From positions 42,579 through 106,578 of the forward strand of contig DCVE01000013.1 in assembly GCA_002328025.1 (NCBI GenBank): a stretch of 64,000 nucleotides of DNA, in the 5' to 3' direction. Position numbers and translations under genes: made by a program. Under the pieces are notes generated by a model that did no database searches, was not told where the DNA came from, and saw only the letters and a program-made list of their open reading frames with translations. This DNA comes from Patescibacteria group bacterium UBA2196. Lineage in GTDB: Bacteria; Patescibacteriota; Patescibacteriia; UBA2196. Shown piece after piece: positions 20,423 to 29,473 of this stretch; the first letter of the stretch is position 1, and every line of letters begins with the position of its first letter.

Positions 20423-21649
20423 ATGCAAAATATATATTTTGATAATGCAGCCACGACGCCAGTAAATAAAAATGTTTTGGAAGTCATGTTGCCATATTTT
20501 TGTGAAATTTATGGCAACGCTTCATCCTTACACTCATTTGGTCAGGAAGCTTTAAAAGCTGTAGATGAAGCGCGCGCTAAAGTGGCAAATTTTTTAGGCT
20601 GTGAGACCAATGAAATAATTTTTACTTCGGGCGCCACAGAAGCGGATAATTTAGCCATTATGGGCGTGGTTTTTGCTAATAATTATTTAGAAAAAAAAAT
20701 ACACATTATCACCACCGAGTTTGAACATCCAGCAGTTTTGGAAACTTGTAAGTATTTGGAAAAACAGGGTGTAGAGGTGAGTTATGTAAAACCAGGTAGT
20801 GATGGGGTTATAAAAGTGGAAGATATTGAAAAAGAAATCAAAGATAATACAATTTTAATTTCGGTGATGTATGTTAATAATGAAATTGGCACCATTCAGC
20901 CAATTAAAGAAATAGGACAATTGGTGAAAAAAATAAATTCAGAGCGTATTACACGAGATCCCTCGACTTCGTCTTCGCTTCGCTCAGACTCTGCTCGGGA
21001 TGACACACTGCGTCAAATTTATTTTCACACCGATGCGGTGCAAGCAGCTTTGTATTGTGAGATGAATGTCGAAAATTTGGGTGTGGATTTGATGGCAATT
21101 TCTGGTCATAAAATTTATGGACCAAAAGGCATTGGTGTTTTGTATATAAAAAAAGGCACGCGCTTGCAAAAAATTCAACACGGTGGTCATCATGAATTTA
21201 ATAAACGCGCTGGTACTTTAAACACGCCTTTAATGGTTGGAATGGGAAAAGCTGTTGAGTTAATTCAAACTAGAGATTTAAATAAAATTAAATTTTTGCG
21301 GGATTATTTGTGGCAAGAGTTGCAAAAAAACATTGTTGATGTTAGTTTAAATGGTTCTTGGGAAGATAGAACGCCCACTAATCTAAATGTTTCTGTGCAA
21401 GGTGTGGAAGGCGAAGCTTTGTTGTTGGGTTTGGATATGGCGGGAATTGCGATTTCCACTGGCTCGGCCTGTTCTTCTGGTTCTCTTGAACCGTCACATG
21501 TATTAATGTCCATTGGTTTGTCGCACGAGGCGGCGCACGGCAGTTTAAGAATAACTTTGGGTGAAGAAAATACAAAAGAAGAGATTGATTATTTTGTGCA
21601 ACAACTTAAGCAGTTGGCGGAAAAGTTTAGACAGATGGCGCCCAAATAA
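20423..21649 (+). CDS. iscS: cysteine desulfurase (IscS/NifS class V aminotransferase)
   Basis: SGHKIYGPKGIG PLP-lysine region; SSGSLEPSHVL active-site Cys loop; ~15-codon GC-rich in-frame insertion. Confidence 0.9.
   Translation: MQNIYFDNAATTPVNKNVLEVMLPYFCEIYGNASSLHSFGQEALKAVDEARAKVANFLGCETNEIIFTSGATEADNLAIMGVVFANNYLEKKIHIITTEFEHPAVLETCKYLEKQGVEVSYVKPGSDGVIKVEDIEKEIKDNTILISVMYVNNEIGTIQPIKEIGQLVKKINSERITRDPSTSSSLRSDSARDDTLRQIYFHTDAVQAALYCEMNVENLGVDLMAISGHKIYGPKGIGVLYIKKGTRLQKIQHGGHHEFNKRAGTLNTPLMVGMGKAVELIQTRDLNKIKFLRDYLWQELQKNIVDVSLNGSWEDRTPTNLNVSVQGVEGEALLLGLDMAGIAISTGSACSSGSLEPSHVLMSIGLSHEAAHGSLRITLGEENTKEEIDYFVQQLKQLAEKFRQMAPK
20957..21001 (+). repeat. in-frame GC-rich insertion element in iscS (GATCCCTCG...CTTCGCTTCGCTCAG...CTCGGGAT)
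   Basis: inserted relative to the conserved IscS core between EIG..KKI and RQIYFHTDA; GC-rich; terminal imperfect inverted repeat. Confidence 0.5.
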
Positions 21650-21728
21650 ATTTTAAAAATGTTTTTCATATAAAACACGTTTTTTTCAAAACAATAGTGA
21701 GTGTGTCATTTACAGGAGGAACCGGATT

Positions 21729-22736
21729 ATGGATATTCTAATAAGTGCACAACAGATTATAAGGCAGGCTAATTTTGTATTACTTCAGAAGGAGTGGCAA
21801 GAAAAGCTTGGCAGAGAATTTGGTCATGTTTTTTTAGCATATGGAACACAAACAGATGTAGAGTATTTTTGTGTTCATGAGGATTGGTATAAATTTAGAG
21901 ACAAAGGACTTTTTGTTTTGGTTGGGGGAAAAATAACTTCTGGCCAAAATGGAAGAGAGGGTCTCTTGTTGGTCACCGGGCTGGAACCAAAGGAACTTTT
22001 TTTTAATACCAGTCTTTTAAAAAAGGTTTTGCATCAGTGTAAAAGGTATGCCGAAAAAATTAATGCTAAATCGATTGGTTTAGCCGGAATGTTACCTAGT
22101 TTTGTTCAAAGAAAAATACAAAAAAGAGAATTAGATTTGCAAAATGATTTTGGGTCTTTGTTTGTCAAGGGCCTAATGGGGAGCACGTGGTTGGTTTGTA
22201 ATTCCGTTTTAGAGTTGGTAGAACCAAGAACAAAAGTAGCCGTTGTCGGGGTTGGATACCTTGGCGAGTTTGTCGCGGATGTGTTAGAAAGAAGAAATTA
22301 TAAAGTAACAAGATGGGACACAAAAAACACTACTAATAATCTAGATGATCTTAGACAGTGTGAACTTATTATAGGGCTTACACCAAATGGAGATGATTTA
22401 TTTGGGTATGCCGAGTTGATGAAGGGCTCTAATGTTAGGAAAGTTTTATTTGACACTCACCCAGTCCCGTCACAACGCACGGTGGATGTTTTAAACCTGG
22501 CTAATATCAAGGTCTTTAAAGCCATAGCTCGTTCTAATGGGGTTGAAACTAGGCCGGCACTTCCAAATTTTGACAAGAAAGACATGCCTGGTTGTATGGT
22601 GGATGGGTATGTGCGTTCGTCAAAAATCGGTGATAATACGGGTGGCGTGAGTTATGACTGTTTTGATCAAGCCGCAAGTCAACTTGGAATTCAAACTCCG
22701 TTACTTGAGCTCACTCCCGAGCTCGAGTTAGTCTAG
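21729..22736 (+). CDS. hypothetical protein with Rossmann NAD(P)-binding motif
   Basis: VAVVGVGYLGEFV...KVTRWD GxGxxG signature; GC-richer codon usage than neighbours. Confidence 0.5.
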   Translation: MDILISAQQIIRQANFVLLQKEWQEKLGREFGHVFLAYGTQTDVEYFCVHEDWYKFRDKGLFVLVGGKITSGQNGREGLLLVTGLEPKELFFNTSLLKKVLHQCKRYAEKINAKSIGLAGMLPSFVQRKIQKRELDLQNDFGSLFVKGLMGSTWLVCNSVLELVEPRTKVAVVGVGYLGEFVADVLERRNYKVTRWDTKNTTNNLDDLRQCELIIGLTPNGDDLFGYAELMKGSNVRKVLFDTHPVPSQRTVDVLNLANIKVFKAIARSNGVETRPALPNFDKKDMPGCMVDGYVRSSKIGDNTGGVSYDCFDQAASQLGIQTPLLELTPELELV

Positions 22737-22758
22737 TGAGTGCATGTAAAAGTTTTTA

Positions 22759-22800
22759 CGCCGTGACCTTACAATTTACAAACAGGTCACGGTTTTTTAT
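22759..22800 (+). terminator. intrinsic terminator
   Basis: CCGTGACC-16 nt loop-GGTCACGG followed by T6. Confidence 0.5.
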
Positions 22801-22828
22801 TTTTTATAAAAATGATATAATATATTTA

Positions 22829-25063
22829 ATGAATTTTATTTTTGATTACAAAAATATAATTTTGGTTGTTATTGCCCTATGCAATTTGATTTTAGGTTTT
22901 TTTGTTTTGTTTAATGGACTAAAAAGAAATAGAAAAATTAATATTTATTATTTTTTACTAAGCATCGTGGTTTCTTTGTGGGCTTTTGGCATGATTATGT
23001 ATCGAGGTTCGGTTGAGGTGGTAGATAAAATTGTGTGGTGCCGGTGGTTATATGTTTTTGCCACATTTATTCCAACCGCATTTATCTTTTTTTGTTATAA
23101 TTTTTCTGGCCGTGAAATAAAATTTCGCTGGTGGTACAAATTAATAATATTGGTGTTAAATTATGGCGTTGTTTGGATCTCTTTGTGGCCAACGGGCGGT
23201 GTAATTATGGATGTCACAAAAAGAGCTTTTTTTGAGGATCAGATTATTTTTGGTCCGTTGTATATGTTGTACAACATTTATGTACCAGCCATGTTCGCGT
23301 GGGGATTTTGGATTTTATATTACAAATATCGTCAGACGGATGGAATTGCCAAGATGCAAATTAAATATGTTTTTTGGGGAACATTTTTATCTTCAGCCTT
23401 GGGCATGAGTACCAATTTAATTTTACCAACCTTTGATTATTTTGAATTGAATTGGTTGGGGCAGGCTTTAACTTTGGTGATGGTGGGATTTATTGCTTAT
23501 GCCATTATTCGCTATCGCCTGATGGATATTAAGATGGTTTTTTCAAAATCCATTATTTATTTTTTCTTGGTTTTGTTTGTGACCGGATTGTTTAGTTTTT
23601 TTACCCTGTGGACTGGGAGCAGTTTAATTCCGAGCTTAAACATAACTCAAAAAGTTTTATTAACGGTGATGATTTCGTTTATGGTGGTGCTAATAATGGA
23701 TCCATTAAAAAAATTATTAGCTAAAATTACTGATAAAATATTTTTTCGAACCAGAATTGACCACATAAAAGTTATTAAAACACTGACGGATATTATTGCT
23801 TCGGAAATTGATAAACGGGTTTTGATAAACAAATTATGTTTTGGTGCCAGGCAAGAATTGCGCGTGACGGCTTTTAAAATATATTTAAAAAATAAAATTA
23901 GTGGCGTGTTTGGACCGGCTGTGGCCTTGGATAAAAAAGAGAATGCGTTTTCGGTTGCTAGCGGCAAAGCCTTGGAAAAATATTTTAATAAAAACAGGCA
24001 GGTAATATTTGTGGAAGAATTTTTATACGAACATAATTTTTTGGGGCATAAAGACGAATTGTTGGAGCGTAAAAAAAATAAAAAAACAAAAGACGATTTG
24101 GTTTTGATGATTGCGCAGATTGATGCCGAATTAATAGTTCCAATTTTTCATGAAGAAGTTTTAACAGCTTTCTTTGTTGTGGGTAAAAAATTATCAGGTG
24201 AGCAGTTTGATAAGCAAGATTTAAATTTGTTAGATTCGGTGGCCAGTCAGTTTTCATCAGCTTTGGAAAAGGCCGAACTGTATAATCAAGCGCAAAAATT
24301 TAGTCAAAAATTGAAACACGAAGTGGAAAAAGCCACCAGTGACTTAAGGCATGCCAATGAACATTTAAAAAAATTGGATGAAGCAAAAACCGAATTTATT
24401 TCCGTGGCATCGCATCAGTTGCGTACTCCACTTTCTGGAATTAAGGGCTATCTGTCTATGCTAAAAGATGGTGACTTTGGAGTTTTGGAACCGAAAAAGA
24501 AAAAAATTGTCAGTGATGTTTTGGTTAATACCGAGCGTATGGTGCGCTTGGTAAACATTTTTCTCAATATTTCTCGCATTGAATCTGGTCGTTTAAAACT
24601 GGAAAAAACCAAATTTGATATTACAAACATGACCAAAGAAACTTTGCGTGAACTAAAAACCGATGCTGAGAGTAAGGGTCTAAAATTAGAATTTGCTGGC
24701 GTTCAGGAAAAGATAATGGTGAATGCCGACTGCGATAAATTACATGACGTGTTGATGAACTTGGTGGATAACAGTATAAAATATACAGAAAAGGGCGGGG
24801 TGACGGTTGAGTTACATAAAAAGAATGGTTTAGTCAGAGTCATGGTTAGCGATACTGGCATTGGAATTACTAAAGATGACATTGATGGTTTGTTTATCAA
24901 ATTTGGACGGGGTAAAAAAATTGCCCAAATTAATACCGCTGGTTCTGGATTGGGATTATTTATTGCTAAAAAAATAGTTGAACTGCACAATGGAAAAATT
25001 TGGGCAGAATCAGACGGCGAGGGAAAGGGTAGCGCGTTTAGTTTTGAAATTCCGGTTGAGTAG
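22829..25063 (+). CDS. sensor histidine kinase with multi-TM N-terminal sensor domain
   Basis: HisKA H-box SHQLRTPL; HATPase_c N/G boxes (DTGIGI, GSGLGL); start placed after the terminator at MNFIF. Confidence 0.8.
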   Translation: MNFIFDYKNIILVVIALCNLILGFFVLFNGLKRNRKINIYYFLLSIVVSLWAFGMIMYRGSVEVVDKIVWCRWLYVFATFIPTAFIFFCYNFSGREIKFRWWYKLIILVLNYGVVWISLWPTGGVIMDVTKRAFFEDQIIFGPLYMLYNIYVPAMFAWGFWILYYKYRQTDGIAKMQIKYVFWGTFLSSALGMSTNLILPTFDYFELNWLGQALTLVMVGFIAYAIIRYRLMDIKMVFSKSIIYFFLVLFVTGLFSFFTLWTGSSLIPSLNITQKVLLTVMISFMVVLIMDPLKKLLAKITDKIFFRTRIDHIKVIKTLTDIIASEIDKRVLINKLCFGARQELRVTAFKIYLKNKISGVFGPAVALDKKENAFSVASGKALEKYFNKNRQVIFVEEFLYEHNFLGHKDELLERKKNKKTKDDLVLMIAQIDAELIVPIFHEEVLTAFFVVGKKLSGEQFDKQDLNLLDSVASQFSSALEKAELYNQAQKFSQKLKHEVEKATSDLRHANEHLKKLDEAKTEFISVASHQLRTPLSGIKGYLSMLKDGDFGVLEPKKKKIVSDVLVNTERMVRLVNIFLNISRIESGRLKLEKTKFDITNMTKETLRELKTDAESKGLKLEFAGVQEKIMVNADCDKLHDVLMNLVDNSIKYTEKGGVTVELHKKNGLVRVMVSDTGIGITKDDIDGLFIKFGRGKKIAQINTAGSGLGLFIAKKIVELHNGKIWAESDGEGKGSAFSFEIPVE

Positions 25064-25191
25064 CTTATAAAATAAAAGTTTAACTGTTTTTTATATTGAG
25101 AGTGTTGGAATTGAGATTTTATGACTTGCAAACATCAAAATTGGCAGGTTTTTTTATTTGGTTTTTAAAGTATGGTATAATATAAGTAATT

Positions 25192-26193
25192 ATGTTTAGA
25201 CAATCATTGCTTAAAAAAATTAAAAAAAGTGGTTTAATCGGTCGTGGCTGCAATAATTTTTTGGTGGCTGAAAAATGGGAAATGGTAAAGCGTGTAAAAG
25301 GCGCGGAAAAGTTCGTGGTGTGTAATATTTCCGAATCAGAGCCGGGTATATTTAAAGATAAATATATTTTGGAAAAATGGCCACAATTGGTGTTGGATGG
25401 TATTAATTTAGCCATGCATGAAATTAAAGCTAAAAAAGGTTTTGTCTATCTAAATCCACTGTATTATGGTGAATTTCAAGCCAGTCTGGAACAAATAATT
25501 TTAAAAAATAATTATAGTATCGAATTATTTGAGAAGCCCTTGCACGACTATGTGGGTGGAGAAGAAACAGCGGTTTTAAACTCTATGCAAGGTTTGAGAG
25601 TTGAGCCGCGCTTAAAACCACCCTATCCAACCAAAGTTGGTTTTTATGGTGCGCCGACACTAATTCACAACTGTGAAACTTTTTATGCCGTGTCTCTAAC
25701 AAATTCTGGTGTTTATAAAAATACTCGTTTTTATTGTTTGTCTGGTGTTGATAGAGCAAATGATGTAAAAGAATTAGCAACTGATTTAACGGTTCGTGCG
25801 GTTTTACAAGAATTTGATCATACACCAAGCGTTGATTTTTTTTATCAAGTTGGCGGAGGAGCGGCTGGTTTTTGTTATAATTACAAGCAATTGAATCGTA
25901 AATTTGAAGGCTCTCCAGCCATTATTATTTATAAAAACAATGATTCTGAACAGGCAATTGTGATGAAATGGTTGGATTTTTTTCGTAAAGAATCTTGTGG
26001 TCAGTGTGTGCCATGTCGGGAGGGAACTTTTCGTTTGCGTAATTTGATGTATACATATTATCAAGGTGGAAAACTTGATAAAAAAGCTTTTGATGATTTA
26101 ATTTTGTCATTACAAAAAACTAGCTTATGTGCTTTGGGAAGAACTGCTACAAATGCCGTGGTTTCGTATTTTAAAAACGTAAAAGGAATATGA
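25192..26193 (+). CDS. NuoF-like flavoprotein subunit (hydrogenase diaphorase-type, short)
   Basis: GGEETAVLNSMQG (NuoF GEETALL motif); CGQCVPCREG N3 4Fe-4S motif; FMN motif degenerate (GRGCNNF); translationally coupled to hydA. Confidence 0.75.
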   Translation: MFRQSLLKKIKKSGLIGRGCNNFLVAEKWEMVKRVKGAEKFVVCNISESEPGIFKDKYILEKWPQLVLDGINLAMHEIKAKKGFVYLNPLYYGEFQASLEQIILKNNYSIELFEKPLHDYVGGEETAVLNSMQGLRVEPRLKPPYPTKVGFYGAPTLIHNCETFYAVSLTNSGVYKNTRFYCLSGVDRANDVKELATDLTVRAVLQEFDHTPSVDFFYQVGGGAAGFCYNYKQLNRKFEGSPAIIIYKNNDSEQAIVMKWLDFFRKESCGQCVPCREGTFRLRNLMYTYYQGGKLDKKAFDDLILSLQKTSLCALGRTATNAVVSYFKNVKGI

Positions 26194-28139
26194 AAAAAAT
26201 AAAATTTTATATTAATAATAAAGAATATACTGCTTTGGAAAATGATTCTGTTTTGGACGTGGCTTTACGAGAAGGACTAAATGTTCCGCATTTGTGTAAA
26301 CATCCGGATTTGGCCATTAAAGGTAATTGTCGTTTGTGTTTGGTACAAGTGGAAAATAAAGGTGTGGTGACAGCCTGTTCGACTGTGGTGGAAAAAGGGA
26401 TGCAAATTTTTTTAGAAACCGAAGAAGTTAAAAGCTTACGCAAGACAAATTTGGAGCTTATTTTTTCTGAACATCAGGAAAAGTGTGCCACTTGTTTGTA
26501 CCAAGATAATTGTCAAATATTAAAATATGCAGCTGAATTTGGTATAAAAATTTCGCGTTTTGAAGACAGAAAAAAACATTATTCAACCTGGCAGTTTGGT
26601 GATTCCATACGGTTTGATAGTTCTAAATGTATTGATTGTCGAAATTGTGTGGAAGTTTGCGATAAACAAGCCTGTAGTTTTTATGAAATTGCAGAAAGAG
26701 GAGTTGAAACAATCATTAAACCCAAAGGAGAAGTTGGTGGAATTACCTCCCCCCACCCCCTCCTTCTAAAGGAGGGGAGCTTAGATCTGTTAAAAAATGA
26801 TGTAGATAAATTTGATTGTACTTATTGTGGGCAATGTGTGACACATTGTCCGGTGGGAGCAATTAGCGGGGTATCGCATTGGGAGGAAGTTGAAAAATTA
26901 TTAAAAGATCGAGCTGGAAAAATTTTGGTTGTTGAAATTGCTCCGTCTATTCGTGTCTCTATTGGTGAAGAGTTTAATGAACCATACGGTAAGATTGTGA
27001 CTGGGCAATTAGCGGCTTCTATGAAAGCTTTGGGGTTTGATTATGCTTTTGATGTCAATTTGGGTGCCGATTTTACCACTTATGAGGAAGCACAAGAAGT
27101 GGTGGAAATGGTTTTGAATAATAAATCGCGTCCATTATTTACTTCGTGTTGTCCGGCGTGGGTAAAATTTGTTGAATTTTATTATCCGGAATTTATTGCC
27201 CATTTGACTAGTGCTAATTCACCGCACATGTGTTCTGGACCAATTATTAAAACCTATTTTGCCGATTATTTAAAAAAAGATCCACGCGATATTGTGGTGG
27301 TTTCAATTATGCCGTGTACCTCAAAAAAACATGAAATTAATTTAGAGACGCACACCATTGATTTGGGTTGGTGTTTGGAAAGATTGGATTTACCTAACAT
27401 TAAAAATATTTGTCCGGATAGAAAACAACTACAGGGCGTAAAAATAAAAGCCGTGGATTATGTTTTAACCACGCGTGAATACGCCCATCTTTTGCATAAA
27501 CACAAGATTGATTTATCAAAACTTAAAGCAGAAAAATTAGACAAACCTTTGGGCGTCTATTCTGGTGCCGGAGCAATTTATGGCGCGACCGGTGGAGTTA
27601 TGGAATCAGCTCTTAGAAGCGCGGATTATTTTTTCCGAGTCTGGGATGAAACCGATTCATTAAAATCAGTGGTCAAAGGAGAAAATTATAAATTGAAAAA
27701 GAAAAGATTTTCTAAATTATTACAAAGTCGCATTGAGTTTAAAGAAGTGCGTGGTCAAAATGGAATTAAAGAAGCCAGGGTAAAGGTGGGGGGGCGTAAG
27801 TTAAATGTTGCGGTCGTTAATGGTTTGGGTAATGCTAAAAAAATTTTGGATGACCTTAAAGCCGGTAAGGTAAAATATGATTATGTGGAGGTTATGGCCT
27901 GCCCGGGTGGTTGTATTGGTGGTGGTGGTCAGCCCATTCCGACTAATTCAAAAATTAGAGCCCAACGCGCCAACGCAGTTTATGAAATTGATAAAAACTT
28001 AGCCATTCGTACAGCTCACGAAAATCCAAGTCTTTTGGAGGTGTATAATAAATATTTTAAGGGTGATAAAGAAATAATTGAAAAAGTTTTACACAGTAAA
28101 TTTAAGGTTAAACAAAAAACAGGATATACGATAGTATAA
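26190..28139 (+). CDS. hydA: [FeFe] hydrogenase catalytic subunit with N-terminal 2Fe-2S and 4Fe-4S ferredoxin domains
   Basis: H-cluster motifs TSCCPAW (L1), MPCTSKKHE (L2), EVMACPGGCIGGGGQP (L3); CIDCRNCVEVC and CTYCGQCVTHCP ferredoxin motifs. Confidence 0.85.
   Translation: MKKIKFYINNKEYTALENDSVLDVALREGLNVPHLCKHPDLAIKGNCRLCLVQVENKGVVTACSTVVEKGMQIFLETEEVKSLRKTNLELIFSEHQEKCATCLYQDNCQILKYAAEFGIKISRFEDRKKHYSTWQFGDSIRFDSSKCIDCRNCVEVCDKQACSFYEIAERGVETIIKPKGEVGGITSPHPLLLKEGSLDLLKNDVDKFDCTYCGQCVTHCPVGAISGVSHWEEVEKLLKDRAGKILVVEIAPSIRVSIGEEFNEPYGKIVTGQLAASMKALGFDYAFDVNLGADFTTYEEAQEVVEMVLNNKSRPLFTSCCPAWVKFVEFYYPEFIAHLTSANSPHMCSGPIIKTYFADYLKKDPRDIVVVSIMPCTSKKHEINLETHTIDLGWCLERLDLPNIKNICPDRKQLQGVKIKAVDYVLTTREYAHLLHKHKIDLSKLKAEKLDKPLGVYSGAGAIYGATGGVMESALRSADYFFRVWDETDSLKSVVKGENYKLKKKRFSKLLQSRIEFKEVRGQNGIKEARVKVGGRKLNVAVVNGLGNAKKILDDLKAGKVKYDYVEVMACPGGCIGGGGQPIPTNSKIRAQRANAVYEIDKNLAIRTAHENPSLLEVYNKYFKGDKEIIEKVLHSKFKVKQKTGYTIV
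26757..26777 (+). repeat. perfect 9-bp palindrome CCCCTCCTT-CTA-AAGGAGGGG inside hydA (in-frame)
   Basis: seen directly; same element as at 41611-41631 in alaS. Confidence 0.6.
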
Positions 28140-28146
28140 ATTTTAA

Positions 28147-29436
28147 ATGTTTAAGATTATGGCGTACCTAGAATCAATTAAATTTGTTAAAAACAAATCC
28201 GCCGACTGGCGGAATAAAACTGTTTTAGTTCGTTGTGATTTTGATGTGCCTTTAGATGCCGACAAAATTAAAGACGACAGCCGATTAAAAGCGAGTCTTT
28301 TGACAATTAAATTTTTATTAAAAAATAAATGCCAGATAATTTTAATGGGACATTTGGGTCGGCCAAATGGAAAGGTTGTTTTGGAATTAGGTTTAAAGCC
28401 AGTCCAGCAACGTTTGGAAGAATTGTTAAAAACAAAAATTGAATTAGTTAAGTTTGGTGAAATTAGTCCTTCGGTAAAAAATAAACGAGATGAAAAAAAC
28501 AAGATTATAATGTTAGAAAATCTACGTTTTTGGTTGGGTGAAGAAAAGAATGATAAAAATTTTGCACGACAATTGGCGAGTTTGGCTGATATATATGTAA
28601 ATGAAGCGTTTGCTGTGTCGCATCGTGCGTGTGCATCGGTGGATGCCATAAAAAATTATTTACCCAGTTATGCCGGATTTAATTTAACCAAAGAAATTGA
28701 AAAATTGTCACAAGTTTTAAATCGACCACCCAGACCTTTGGTGGCTATTATTGGTGGAGCAAAAATTGAAACCAAACTACCGGTTTTGGATAAATTTTTG
28801 GCTAAAGCTGATTATTTATTGGTGGGTGGGGCGATTGCCAATAATTTTTTTAAAATTTTGAATTATGAAGTCGGCCAGTCTTTGATTGATCGAGAGTATT
28901 TACCAGCAGCTAAAAAATTGTGGCAAAAATCAAAGAGTGGTGCGCTTAATTTTGTGGTAAAGGATAAACAGTTGGTTGTTGATAACGAGCTTATTGGCAG
29001 TAAATTAGATTTAGCAACAATAAAAAATTTACGTCACAAAATAGTTTTACCAATTGACGTGGCAGTTAAAAATTTAAAAACACAAGAAAAAGAAATAAAA
29101 ACACCAAATCAAGTTAATTTAAATGATAAAATTTTGGATATTGGACCGCAAACACTGGAGTTTTATGGACGTATAATAAAAGGCGCTCGTTGTGTTGTTT
29201 GGAATGGACCTATGGGGCAGTTTGAAGCACCAGAATTTGCTTTAGGAACTTTTGGTGTGGCCGAGTTAATTATTAAGTCGCGTGCGCGCGCAGTTATGGG
29301 TGGTGGAGAGACCGAGGAAGCCTTAAAAGGTGTTTTACATAATAAAGAATTACCCAGAAGAATTTTCGTTTCCACTGGTGGCGGGGCGATGTTAGAATTT
29401 TTAGGTGGTAAGAAATTACCGGGACTAGAAAAATAA
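28147..29436 (+). CDS. pgk: phosphoglycerate kinase
   Basis: VLVRCDFDVPLD N-term; GGGA...GG C-terminal motifs. Confidence 0.9.
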   Translation: MFKIMAYLESIKFVKNKSADWRNKTVLVRCDFDVPLDADKIKDDSRLKASLLTIKFLLKNKCQIILMGHLGRPNGKVVLELGLKPVQQRLEELLKTKIELVKFGEISPSVKNKRDEKNKIIMLENLRFWLGEEKNDKNFARQLASLADIYVNEAFAVSHRACASVDAIKNYLPSYAGFNLTKEIEKLSQVLNRPPRPLVAIIGGAKIETKLPVLDKFLAKADYLLVGGAIANNFFKILNYEVGQSLIDREYLPAAKKLWQKSKSGALNFVVKDKQLVVDNELIGSKLDLATIKNLRHKIVLPIDVAVKNLKTQEKEIKTPNQVNLNDKILDIGPQTLEFYGRIIKGARCVVWNGPMGQFEAPEFALGTFGVAELIIKSRARAVMGGGETEEALKGVLHNKELPRRIFVSTGGGAMLEFLGGKKLPGLEK

Positions 29437-29473
29437 ATTTAATCGTTAGTTTAAAATTTAAAAATAAAAATAT

